A DNA stretch of 64,000 bases from Squalus acanthias (lineage: Eukaryota). The DNA lies in the NCBI GenBank assembly GCA_030390025.1, contig CM059433.1, positions 19,966,001-20,030,000 on the forward strand. Direction: 5' to 3'. Made by a program: the position numbers and the translations under genes. Of this stretch, positions 1-12,285 are shown in pieces. How positions within the stretch are numbered: position 1 is the first letter of the stretch; the number at the start of each line of letters is the position of its first letter. The notes beneath the pieces are model-generated. The model saw nothing but the letters and a program-made list of their open reading frames with translations, did not search any database and was not told the origin of the DNA.

Positions 1-403
1 AGACATAAGAACACAAGAAATAAGAGCAGGAGTAGGCCATACGGCCCCTCGAGCCATTCAATAAGATCATGGCTGATCATCAACCTCAACTCCACTTTCC
101 CGCCCGATCTCCATATCCCTTGATTCCCCTAGAGTCCAAAAATCTATCTATCTCAGCCTTGAATATACTCAAAGACTCAGCATTCACAGCCCTCTGGGGC
201 AGAGAATTCCAAAGATTCACAGCCCTCTGAGTGAAGAAATTCCTCCTCATCTCAGTCTTAAATGGCCTACCCCTTATCCTGAGACTATGCCCCCTAGTTC
301 TAGACACTCCAGCCAGGGGAAACAACCTCTCAGCATCTACCCTATCAATCCCCTTCAGAATCTTGTATGTTTCAATGAGATCACCTCTCATTCTTCTAAA
401 CTC

Positions 404-991
404 AAGTGAGAAGTCGCACAACACCAGGTTATAGTCCAACAGTTTTATTTGAAATCACAAGCTTTCGGAGCTGCTGCCCCTTCGTCAGGTGAAGTGAAGA
501 AATACAAATGGGCACAGCATATATAGTCAGAGAACAATGCCTGTGCAGAGAACAATGCCAGTCGACTACAGTTAATCTTTCTGACTGCCCTTTATCACAC
601 CTCGGCAGAGAGACAATCACGGCAATCAAATCCAACCAGGTCAGTCAGGAAGACATTACATCAAAGACGATAGCAAAATACAACAAAGACAATGAGGTGG
701 GGTCACAGGGGGTCTAATGTGGCAGAGGCTGCAGTCTGTATGGAAAACCAAAAACTTTAAACTTTTTTACTTTTTTTTACTGGAAATCACATCTGTGAAC
801 AAGCCAACGACGACTCGAGTCTGGATGACTGTACGTCAGGTGGGGTTACATGTAGCGTGACATCAACCCAAGATCCCGGTTGAGGCCGTCCTCATGGGTG
901 CGAAACTTGGCTATCAGTTTCTGCTCGATGATTTTGCGTTGTCGTGTGTCTCGAAGGCCACCTTGGAGAACGCTTACCCGAAGATCCGAGG
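404..991 (-). mobile_element. Penelope-like element 3' fragment (GIY-YIG C-terminus, 3' UTR/pLTR)
   Basis: Minus strand ~989-846 translates to SDLRVSVLQGGLRDTRQRKIIEQKLIAKFRTHEDGLNRDLGLMSRYM*, typical of the PLE GIY-YIG end (R..E..I..F.T...GLN.D.G); 12-bp TSD tcttctaaactc at 392-403 and 992-1003; hammerhead motif at 455-492. Confidence 0.85.
455..492 (-). ncRNA. Minimal type I hammerhead ribozyme motif (Penelope-associated)
   Basis: Minus strand tcac-CTGACGA-a-ggggc-agca-gctcc-GAAA-GC-TT-gtga: intact core, stem I tcac/gtga, stem II, palindromic AAGCUU in place of stem III. Confidence 0.75.
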
Positions 992-2690
992 TCTTCTAAA
1001 CTCCAGAGAGTATAGGCCCATTCTACACAATCTCTCATCATAGGACAGCCCTCTCATCTCAGGAATCAATCTAGTGAACTTTCGTTGCACTGCCTCCAAG
1101 GCAAGTATATCCTTCCTTAGATAAGGAGGCCAAAACTGTGCGCAGTATACCAGGTGTGGTCTCACCAAGGTCATGTACAATTGTAGCAAGACTTCCTTAC
1201 TCTTATACTCCAACACCCTTGCAGAAAAGACTGGCAGGTAAAACAGTAAATGAGCAATGGGAGGCCTTCAAAGAGGAGATAGTTCGTGTAAAGAGTAGAC
1301 AAATTCTCACGAGGGGAAAGGAAGGGCATCCAGAGCTAGTGTTCCCTGGATGACTAAAGATTAAGATGAAAGAGAAAAAGGAAGCTTATGATAAATGTCG
1401 GTTCATAATTCAGTAGAGAACCAAGCTGAATATAAAAAGTACAGGAGAGAACTGAAAAAGGAAGTAAGAGGGGCAAAGAGACAGTATGAGAATAGATTAG
1501 CGGCTAACATAAAAGGGAAGCCAAAAGTCTTTTATAAGCATATAAATAGTAAAAGGGTAGTCAAAGGAAGGGTGGAGCCGACTAGGGACCAAAAAGGAGA
1601 TCATCTTGTGGAGGCAGAGGGCATGGCCGAGGTACTAAATGAGTACTTTGCTTCTGTCTTCACTAAAGAAGTGGATTCTGCCAATGTCACAGTAAAGGAG
1701 GAGGTAGTAGAGAAATTGGATAGGATAAAAATAGATAAGGAGGCACTTAAAAGGTTGGCAGTGCTCAAAGTAGAAAAATCACCCGGTCCAGATGGGAGTA
1801 AGGGTGAAAATTGCGGAGGCTCTGGCTACAATCTGCCAATCCTCCTTAGATATGGGAGTGGTGCCAGAGGACTGGAGGATTGCAAATGTTACACTCCTGT
1901 TCAAAGAAGGGGAGAGGGATAAACAGGCCAATGAGCCTAATGTCAGTGATTGGAAGCTTTTAGAGACATTAATTTGGGACAAAATTAAATGGCACTTGTA
2001 AAAATATGGATTAATAAATGAAAACCAGCACGGATTTGTGAAAGGCAAATTATGTTAGATTAACTTGATTGAGCTCTTTGATGAAGTAATGGTGAAGGTG
2101 GATGACAGTAGTGTGGTTGGTGTTGTATAAACAACTTTCAAAAGGCGTTTGATAAAGTACCACATAATAGACTTGTGAGCAAATTTGAAGCCCGTGGGAT
2201 TTATGGGGCAGTGGCGTCGTGGATACAAAATTAGCTGAGACTGAAAGAAGAGAGTAGTGTTGAACGATTGTTTTTCAGACTGGAGGGAAGTGTACAGTGG
2301 TGTCCCTCAGGGATCGGTGTTGGGACCACTGGTCTTTTTGATATATATTAATGACTTGGACTTGGGTATACAGGGCATAATTTCAAGTTCGCAGATGACA
2401 CAAAACTCAGAAATGTAGTAAAGAGTGCGGAGGATAGTAACAGACTTCAGGAGGATATAGAAGGACTGGTGAAATGGGCAAACACATGGCAGATGGAAAT
2501 TAATGAAGAGAAGTGTGAAGTGATTCATTTTGGTAGGAAGAATGAGGAGAGGCAATATAAACTAAATGGTACAATTTTAAATGAGATTCAGGAACAGCGA
2601 GACCTGGGGGTGTACGTACACAAGTTGTTGAAGATGGGAGGACAAGTTGAGAAGGCTGTTAAAAAGGCATACGGGATCCTTGGCTTTATA

Positions 2691-2850
2691 AGAACATAAG
2701 AACATAAGAAGTAAGAGCAGGAGTAGGCCATACGGCCCCTCGAGCCTGCTCCGCCATTCAATAAGATCATGGCTGATCATCGACCTCAACTCCATTTTCC
2801 CGCCCGATCTCCATATCCCTTGATTCCCCTAGAGTCCAAAAATCCAAAAA
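2691..2850 (-). mobile_element. Short CR1 3'-end insertion
   Basis: agaacataagaacataagaa tail plus a 3' UTR nearly identical to 4-140. Confidence 0.85.
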
Positions 2851-2861
2851 ATAGAGGCATA

Positions 2862-3552
2862 GGGCTGGATTTTCATTGACCCGTGGAGGCGGGTTTGGAG
2901 GCGTGTGGGGGGGGGGGGGTTAAAACTGTGAAAACTGGCGGGCGGGCACAAGTCCGCCTCCATCCCGCCTCCACGCAATTTTCATTAAATCGTGTCTGCT
3001 GGTCCCGACTCTGTCCCGCCTCTAAGAGGCGGGATAGGCTGTTAAGGCCCTTAACAAGCACTAAATTGCCTCTATAATGCCATTTTGAAAGGCCTTTGTG
3101 ATTTTAACCCTTTTTGTACGTGAAGCACGCCTGTTCTGAACAACGAATGTGAAACCTGGCGGCAGGCAGGCAGGCAGGCAGGCTGGCTGGCTGTGTGGAT
3201 GCATATATGGATAGCTATATGGATGGATGGAGAGGAGACATATCTAGGAATGGTGGTGTAAAAATATCTGGGAGCAGACTTAAGACTGCTGCTGCTCATT
3301 TTGCATCCAGGTCCTCTCACAGCAAAGACCAGGCAGTCTTTGCAGACCTTCAATGCAGCAGCAATGATGACATCATCAGAGGTGACTTTCAGACTGAAAA
3401 CACTAATTGGTTCATGGGTTCCCACATGCTGGAACTCAATTGCCCAATTCGGTGAAAATTGCATCAATCTCCCACATCCAATTGCAGTCGGGTGGATAAC
3501 ACGAAAAGTGGATGACACAACCCCAACCCGCCCCAGTATCAAAATCCAGCCC
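2862..3552. mobile_element. Non-autonomous PIF/Harbinger element (MITE), related to the 13361-16743 element
   Basis: TIR GGGCTGGATTTT(C/G)AT, 14/15 match; 3-bp TSD ATA (2859-2861, 3553-3555) whose removal restores the host CR1; left and right arms align by eye with 13361-13610 and 16540-16743. Confidence 0.88.
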
Positions 3553-3616
3553 ATAGAGTACAAAAGCAAATAAGCTATGCTAAACCTTATAAAACACTGG
3601 TTAGACCCAGATGGAG

Positions 3617-4305
3617 CGGGCTGCTCCTGCACACTCTCCACTTTGCCATCTTTGTCTGCCAACCGGACACGCCTTGGCGTACCATCTTGCCATCCGGCGG
3701 AGGTCCCCAATGGAGGGCTCTCTACGCGGGAGTCCTCCCTTTTTCTATTGGGGACTTGGCCTGGAGGGTGTTGCATGGAGCAGTCCTGTGCAACAAGGTT
3801 TTAAACAGGTTCACGGACTCCCAAGCCGCCTGCCTTTTCTGCGGCCTAGAGGAGTCCGTTTTCCATATATACTCAGAATGTGAGAGGTTGCAGCCCCTCT
3901 TTCACTATTTGAAGGTGCTGCTCCTCGATTTTTGGCTGCACTTCAGTCCCACGCTCCTGATCTTTGGTCACCCGGTGGGGAGGGGAGCGGGCAGATCGGA
4001 GGACCTCCTCGTGGGACTGCTCCTGGGCCTGGCAAAAACAGCCATTAACAGGTCCAGGCAGCGGGCGGTCGAGGGGATTCGTTCGGCCCGATTGCCTGCC
4101 TCTCTTCCGCGGCTATGTTCGCGCCCGGGTGGCCCTGGAGATGGAGCACGCGGTGTCCGCCGGCACACTTGAGGCCGGTGGGTGCCGCGGGGACTGGAGT
4201 GCATCATCACCCCAGCCAACAAAATTCTAATTTAATTTGTTAAGTTTTATTTAATGTTTTAATGTTTTACAGTCGATTTGGTCAATCACCCAACCTGAAA
4301 GAGTG
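3617..4305 (+). mobile_element. Tx1/L1-clade LINE 3' fragment (zf-RVT-like CCHC region)
   Basis: ORF 3687..4172 DLAWRVLHGAV...CLFCGLEESVFHIYSEC...FSPTLLIFG; flanked by agatggag duplication (3609-3616, 4311-4318) inside the CR1. Confidence 0.8.
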
Positions 4306-5344
4306 GACCTAGATGGAGTATTATGGCCAATTCTGGGCACCAAACTTTAGGAAGGATGTCAAGGTCTTACAGAGGGTGCAGTGGAGATTTACTAGAATCG
4401 TACCAGGATGAAAGACTTCAGTTATGTGGAGAGACTAGAGAAACTGGGGTTGTTCTCCTTAAAGCAGAGAAGGTTAAGGGGAGATTTGAGAGAGGTGTTC
4501 AAAATCTTGAAGGGTTTTGGTCGAGTAAATGAGGAGAAACTGTTTCCAGAGGCAGAAGGGTTGGTAACCAATAGACACAGATTTAAGGTAATTGGCAAAA
4601 GAACCACTGGCGACATGAGGAAAAAATATTTATGCAGTGAGTTGTTATGATCTGGAATGCACTGCCTGAAAGGGTGGTGGAAGCAGATTCAATGGTAACT
4701 TTCAAAAGGGATAAACACTTGAAAAGGAAAAATTTGCAGGGCTATGGGGAAAGAGCAGGGAGTGAGACTAATTGGCTCGATCTTTCAAAGAGCCGGTACA
4801 GGCATGATGGACCGAATGGTCTCCTTCTCGCTGTATGATTCTATGATTCAATGATATAACCTCTGCATCCTGATTTACCTCATCTCCTTTACACTTTTCA
4901 ACCTTGGTATCCTGCACTCACAACCTTAGTTTGTCACCTTGGCTTTTCAATGAAAAAAATTTCCGTATCTATTTATCTTCCTCCCCTTAACAACAAATGC
5001 AAGTAAACTGTGAATTCCACAGTTTGTTTGGCTGTCCCAGGGTCAAATGGATCATTATAGAAAATGTATATGCAGCACAATATGCTTCTTCAGAGGATGC
5101 ACATTCCGCTTAACACACTTGCAATATGCCACGTGGGTGGGCAATGTCATCATCTGTGTTTGTTAACTTTGCAGGATCCTGTCATAAACTGCTGCATTCT
5201 GCTTCCTTATCTAATGTGCTGTGTCATTCTATGATTCTATGATTCTCGGAAGGAGGCCATTAGGGCCATTATTCCTATGCTGGTGTTAGTCCTCCTCAGT
5301 GAGGTCATGCAGTCTGACGACAATCCCTTGCTCTTTCTCTGTAC

Positions 5345-5510
5345 CATAGAATCATAGAATGGTTACAGCACAGAAGGAGGCCATTTGGCCCGTCGAGCCC
5401 GTGCTAGCTCTCTGCAAGAGCACTTCAGCTAGTCCCACTCCCCCGCCCTTTCTCACTAGCCCTGCAATGTTTTTTCCTTCAGGTACTTGTCCAATTCCCT
5501 TTTGAAAGCC
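5345..5510 (-). mobile_element. CR1 3' end fragment
   Basis: catagaatcatagaatggttacagcacagaaggaggccatt, the reverse complement of the CR1 tail and 3' UTR. Confidence 0.7.
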
Positions 5511-6833
5511 ACTTTATTATTTTTTTCCTATTATCATAGCGTGCATCCATTCCCGTCTGTGTATACATCGTTTTTAGCTCAGTTACTTTAACCAAACTCC
5601 ATTATGTTCTGCACTTTAGAGATTGAGGTCTTTAACACTAGATTACCACCATCCATATTATCTGTTCATGTGTCCATGAAAGACAATGTGCCACATTCGT
5701 GACTTGGCACATCAATGTAACCGATATCAGTGCTGGGGAATGGAACATTTGTTTGCTTTAAGCACTCAGTATGGACACCAAGCATTTCCCAGCCAAGCGC
5801 AGCACAGTCAACTGGACCGTTCCATTGACACTGCCTTAACAATGTATCTTAGCCTTAGTATCTAAGGGGGTTGATCGGTGGCCAACTGGTGGAGCCGGCC
5901 ATTCTGGTGGCGAAGAGGTGGCCGCAATTTACGAGGCCACGGCCTCATTTGAATGTGACAAATGAGCTGCGGACACCAATCGGGCATCCTGTTGCAGCTC
6001 GTCACTCTTCGGTAGGTAGATCCTTGGAGAGGGGCAGAAGCAGAGTCAAGGCAGCAGCCCGCAGTGATTTTGTGAAACCAGGAGGCGTATTCTGTCGTTT
6101 CCTGATCGGAACGCCATTACATTTGGGCAGAGCATTCATATCACAAGCTCTGCCCAGCTGTCCTTTGAAATGGCAATCAGGGTTCAAACTATGTCATTAG
6201 GACCCCGATTTTCATTGGAACGAGGCCTACTGCTTGTTTCAGTTGGGCAATTTGGCCCCTCAGCGGTAGGCCCCTGTGAAAGTCTCAGTGGGCCGATAGT
6301 CGGGGTTAACGGGGCAGTAAGGTTACCGACCCTATTTTTAGGCCTTTACTGCCCAGTTAACAGCGATTTTCCTGGGTGGAAATTGGCCCCAGGCACTCCC
6401 TACTGCATCAGTGTGAATATTTGCATTTCCTACACCTTTCATCCCCAGTGTTCTCCACGTTCTGAAGCTGAAAGGACCTTGTGCTATTTTACTGTGTCAC
6501 ATTGTTGCACCCTTTCTCCACTAAGCCAATAAGTTCCTTTCAAACTTTGACTAGTTCAAAACCTACAGACATTCCAGCTGTATGATAAGCTACTCAATAA
6601 CTTTGAAATGCTTCACTAGATCTTAACCAAACGTCTGAAGTGCCTTGCCATCATTAGTCACTCAGTTGCTTTTTGAAAAGGAGTATATTTGGAATGAACA
6701 ATATGTCCCATTTACTGAACTGTAAGAAATGATACAATAGCAAAATACTGCGGATGCTGGAAATCTGAAATAACAACAGAAAATGCTGGAAACACTCAGC
6801 AGGCCAGGCAGCATCCGTGGAGAGAGAAACAAG

Positions 6834-6870
6834 AGTTAACGTTTCAGGTCTGGGACCCTTCATCAGAACT
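6834..6870 (-). ncRNA. Minimal type I hammerhead ribozyme motif
   Basis: Minus strand agtt-CTGATGA-agggtc-cca-gacct-GAAA-CG-TT-aact; stem I agtt/aact; palindromic AACGUU. Confidence 0.72.
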
Positions 6871-7106
6871 GGAAAAAGCTGGAGATGTAACAGATATTAA
6901 GCAGGTGCAGAGACAGGGAGAGGGAGGTGGGGTGGGTGGTGGGAGGGGAGGAAGGAATTGAAGGAATATACTGTGCTGAATTAAGAGGCAGGAAAGATAA
7001 AATGTTGCAAATGGGGATGGCAAAATAATACAGCATGAAAATTGGGAGCAGGGGTTATAGTTTGAACAGAAAATGCTTAATATCTGTTACATCTCCAGCT
7101 TTTTCC

Positions 7107-7143
7107 AGTTCTGATGAAGGGCCCCAGACCTGAAACGTTAACT
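7107..7143 (+). ncRNA. Minimal type I hammerhead ribozyme motif, sense to CSMD1
   Basis: agtt-CTGATGA-agg-gccccaga-cct-GAAA-CG-TT-aact; intact core, GUU triplet, stem II weakened relative to the sister copy. Confidence 0.7.
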
Positions 7144-7505
7144 CTGTTTCTCTCTCCACGGATGCTGCCTCGCCTGCTGAGTGTTTCCAGCATTTTCTGT
7201 TATGTAAGAAATTATATCTGTTATCAGCTGAATAAAGAGGGAGTACTCGGGAAGCAGAGCATCACTGTGCCAAATTCAGGTGCTCAACCTAGTTTTGTAT
7301 CAGCACAAAATAAGCCCGTCCTGGTTGTGTGAAACAAACTTGAATAATCAGGTAGCAGAGCAATTGTGACAGATTGCTTTGGTAAAGTTTACTTTTCATT
7401 AGTGACTCATCTCAATGTAAATGAGAAAGTTGACTGTCTTTAAGCAATACATGTTTTAAATGCAAAGCCTGTTGATAAAAGTGCTTTGTGTAATGTTATA
7501 TTTAA

Positions 7506-7961
<456 letters not shown>

Positions 7962-9379
7962 TGAACAAATGCTTAATATTGCTGTTGAAGTTTCTATTAT
8001 GTTGCATTACGCCTGAAAGTTAGTTTATTTTTAATGAAGCTTTTCTCATTTTTGGGCAATGTTACTCTTCTCACCATTTCCTTCTCCTGTTGTCTCCTTG
8101 TGCCATCTCTTCCCTGGCCAAGAGGACAGGCTGAAGGTTTGTTCTGAGACCTCTGCCAATGTCACTCGAGTGCCAAACACTTGGCCATACACAGAGTAGC
8201 TTGAGGCAACTGATTCTCTGGTTTTCTCTGTGGGAAGTGCTGGTCTCCCCACATCACGACACAGTTACGCTCAGACATGTGTCGGCTCAAATCCAAGTCT
8301 TGCCATTCCATGGTGCTGTGTGTTTAATCCCTTAAAACAATTGATCGTAATGCCCGCTTTATATCTCATTAGTTGTATTTGTAGTTTACTTTGTGGGATT
8401 CTTGGCAGATGAAGTGAAAATCTCCATTTTTGTGTAACAACAAAATATAACTGTAAACAGTGTTCAAGCCAGAATCTTCATATGACAGCTGTTTCACAAA
8501 CAGTGTTACAACTGAAGATTTTTGATCAGCAACCACAGTCTTTAAATTAGAAATTCGTGAACTGATGGAGGATAAATCTGGTTATAAGGGGCACTGTAGT
8601 ATATTCATTTTAGTAGTATTGACAGTAGCAGCAATGATAGATTCCCTCCTGAGAAAGGAATATGTTCTGCCATTGGTCCAGTTTGTGTAATATGGTCAGT
8701 AAAATGTTGGCAATGGAATAATTTGTAAATGATGCACACTAGAAGGAAACAATGTTTTATATTCTGCTCTGGTGTTTATCACGGAACAATGTTTCTACGA
8801 GGAATTACAACAAAACCTTGATAGAAAGAACATCTGTCTGTATTGACCTTCTAATGATAGGAACAGCAATATACTAACAATTATGACTTTGACTACTGCT
8901 AAGAGGGCCAATGGCAGAATCCCCCTATTTTAATGACATTACTGCTATCCCTTTGCAAATAATTTATATTGTCCCTCCCTTACGTACCAGTGGTCGTTTT
9001 TCATATTTAATTATGTGGCTGTTGGAAGAAAAAAGCTGAAGTCAGAAGCACAGCTGATGTTTGCTGTAGACATCTTTATCTGTGATTAATTGGAATATGG
9101 TTGGATTAGGAATATTGCTGAACTGATGCTGGTGGTCTTGGAAAAACTAGTGATCTTGGAAAAAAACATAAGGAACAACTTAATGTAAAACAAAAGCTGG
9201 AAATGCACACCATGCCAGCTAATGCCTGAAAGAAAAAGATAGGTTTGCGTATTGAATAGGACCCCCCCTCACAGCGGACGAATACCCTTTAATGAACTGA
9301 ACGACCGGAGGGGAGGGCACAATAGGTACAGGTGAAGAGTTCAACTAAGTTAACCACAGTACTTTCACAAATAGATAGT

Positions 9380-9585
9380 TAGAGCATTTCACAGACTTTT
9401 AAATGTTAGAAAGAGGAATGAAGTGTTAAGATCATATCAATCAAGATAGATTCTTGTTGGGTAAGGGTATTAAGGGATATGGAGCTAAAGAGTGTAAATG
9501 AAGTTGAGGCACAGACCGGCTATGATCTGATTGAATGGCGGAACATGCTCAAGGGGATGACTGGCCTACTCCTGTTCCTATGTTC
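9380..9585 (+). mobile_element. Old CR1 3' end fragment
   Basis: taagggtattaagggatatgg...gatctgattgaatggcgg...ggcctactcctgttcctatgttc. Confidence 0.7.
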
Positions 9586-11525
9586 AATCAGGCATATAAA
9601 AAGGCAAAGATCAACCATGAGCCAGTCATGGCTTCAAATTAGGAAAAAAAGCATCAGCGTGAGGAAGGGAGAACCCAGCAGGAACTTGAGCAATATGATG
9701 TTCCGGTTCCATGATAGTTGCTAGCCCATATTCTTCTAATGTTGCAGTTGACAAATTCCTTTTTGTAGAAGGTGTTTTAGAAGTAGAAGCACATGCAGCA
9801 GGTGCTACAAATTCAGACCTTGCCTGAGTTATTCTCTCAGGTACAGTGATGTGGGTCACTCCAGTAAACAGTCTAAACACATGTTTAGGTGGGCATCTGT
9901 ATTGTCCAATGTCTAGCTATACGGTAGTGTAATCCAGGCATATAACAATAAGATCCTCTTGTGATATGGACTGGATCTAGTGTCTTTCTCGTGTTCACCT
10001 CTTCAAACTTTTTGAAGGCAGACTCAGATGCACTTGGTAGGGCAAGGCCACACTTGGTAGGATAGGCATCGTTAAACTGCTTTATTTCACAGACAGCAAG
10101 TGAGCATACAGAGTAACAATTATGATCAGACTCACTTGATTCAATCAGTACAACTGTCTTTGTGTGATAATACAAAATTACGAACATTCGATGCATCCCT
10201 TCATCAAGCGGTCATCTTGATTGACTTAAAACAAAATAACTTCCAATTAACCCCCTGTATTCCATCTGAGTCAGGGGAAAAGCTGCCTGCCTTGGTAGCT
10301 TTCCGTTTAAAAACCTGACTTTGTACTGTATGTGTTTCTGTCCCTTTTTTTTTATCTTACTGTGTTCACAACCAGAGGGCAAGGCCTGTGCCAGACATCC
10401 CTGGCTGACTGCCTGGGATCAGGGATTTCCTAACATCATGAGAGTGAGACGTTCGTCCATGACTGAGACAGCCGTATTATTTTCTGCCTCTGGGGCAGAC
10501 AACTTCGATGCTTAGCTTATGAGCTCTTTTGAATAAACTTGTGTGCATACGTTTTGTTTTAAAAAGCCCCGACATTTAAGTGTAACTCTTTTCCGAATGG
10601 TCAAAAATCTTGGAACATAACTGTAGGAAATGAAAATGTGAAGCGATTGTATGTGAGCAGCAGAAAGTTGAGAAGTTGCCATAAAAAAAATATATGCATG
10701 ATTTCATCACAAAAGAGGAGGCTTGCCTGCATCCTCAGTATAATTATAATAATTAAAAACCAAAGTACATACACACAATTAAGCACAGCATTATTGTGGA
10801 AAATGGCTACTGTGTGGAGGCTGTGTGCAGCCCCTGACAACGAGGTTGAAAGCAGTGAGCTCAATTGTGTAATAAGAAGGAGCAGAAGTGAGTTCAGCAA
10901 ACCTATTAGCAGTGCCTAAAAAAAACTGAGGTGAGAGCTGAACAAAAATAACACAAATATGATGGTTGTAAATGTACTTAATGCCGAGAGAAATCACTGT
11001 AAACTTAAAGTCATTTGTTGAAAGTGTGAATTCCATTACTCTAATGGAATTCACTTCACTGAGAGCAGCCGATCGTTGAACAATGTGGTCGTGATTTGTT
11101 CAAGAAGTATCGAATGGTCCATCATTCTTTGAATCAAATAACATGAGAAAGTGTGGAACAAGCACTTTGCACAATCAGTTTAATGTGTCCTTGTTGTGGA
11201 CTCCATCCTGCATATTTAGTCATTTAAGGGAAAGCTTTGCAAAAATATCCACCTGTCCCTCAAAATTTGGCATTCTCCAGTATTTCAATCTGGCCAGTGG
11301 GATATCAGTGCTCCCAACACACACAAGCACTCGAGGTTCACGGAGTCTTTGATCGCTTGTTCCAATTCGGGTTGGATTTTTATAGAACCATCTTCTCACT
11401 AAACAGTGTAACAGCAGCTCCTGCCAGTAGAGCTTGAATTCTGCATTCGGAAGCTGCACCTTTTATGTATTCTGCCCTCATAGAGAGGTGTACCTCAGAA
11501 GCAGAATCTGCTGACTGGATATAAT

Positions 11526-12285
11526 GGCCCATAATTTCCGATAGGAGGCTTCCTGCGTGCGGATGCCTCCTATCGGAAAAAAATCAATACTCTTAACTGA
11601 GGGCTCCCGAGGTCCGGACACTTCCGATCCTGGGCCTGTCCACAGTCGAAATGCGCAGGGCCCACGTATCCCAGGGGCGCATGCGGTTCGCAAGCGTCCC
11701 TGGGATCACGTGGGCCAGGCCAGCCAATAGGAGAAGGAAATCTCCCTTCATACTTTTGACAGAAAGACCCGTCAAAGGTATGAAAGGAGATCACCCCAAA
11801 AAGACACTAAAACATTAAATACATTTTTTAAAAAACCATCACGTTTTAAAAATGATTTAAAATTACATTAAATTATATATTTTAAACAAAAATGTAATTT
11901 TTTGAAAAAAATAATTAAAGTTTTTTACGGGGCTAAAAATACACTTACCTTCTTTTTTAAAGTATTTTTAAATTATAAATGAGTGGGAATTTTTAAAAAA
12001 CTTTTTTTCAACTCTTATGCTGGTAAAAGCAGGCCTTACGCCTGCTTTTACCAGGCGTAAGATTTCTAATGGTTTTCAGCGTGCGAAGGTTCTGCAGAAA
12101 GCGGAACTCTCCACTCACAGAGGCCCTTCTCCAGGGCAGGCGTCCGATCTGTCGAGCATTCTTGACAGATCGGAAATGCCGGTTTTCAGCGCATGCACTT
12201 CGCATGCCTGAAACCAGCATTTCCGATGTCCCTACGGGTGTGTACACAGCCCGTACACACCCGTAGGCATCGGAAAATACGGGCC
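11526..12285. mobile_element. Harbinger-type MITE
   Basis: TIR GGCCC(A/G)TA(A/T)TTTCCGAT, 15/17 match; TSD AAT (11523-11525, 12286-12288); GC-rich arms and AT-rich centre. Confidence 0.82.

Larger units (their letters stand above)
4..1221 (-). mobile_element. CR1 LINE 3' fragment, split by a Penelope insertion at 404-991
   Basis: ORFs 974..1216 and 86..439 give the CR1 ORF2 C-terminus (LVRPHLxYC..., SLEFRRMRGDLIETYKI...FFTQRAVNLWNSLP); CR1 3' UTR and tail at 4-85. Confidence 0.9.
1222..4850 (+). mobile_element. Degenerate CR1 LINE ORF2 (RT to 3' end) interrupted by three younger insertions
   Basis: ORFs 1395..1922, 1792..2001, 2469..2699, 4408..4650 and 4647..4838 (KSPGPDG, PEDWRIANV, QRDLGV, RRLRGDL); GVPQGSVLGP region near 2298-2330; ctatgattctatga tail near 4835-4850. 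Confidence 0.9.
6735..7202. mobile_element. Penelope-like inverted pseudo-LTR remnant (second family)
   Basis: ~128-bp inverted arms 6775-6903 and 7074-7201, each with a hammerhead motif; flanked by tgtaagaaat(g/t)ata duplication (6721-6734, 7203-7216). Confidence 0.8.

Noticed and set aside
9626..10196. Minus-strand ORFs with faint resemblance to a P-element/THAP9 C-terminus (KCGLALPS)
   Set aside because: Too few matching residues and no TIRs; needs a profile search
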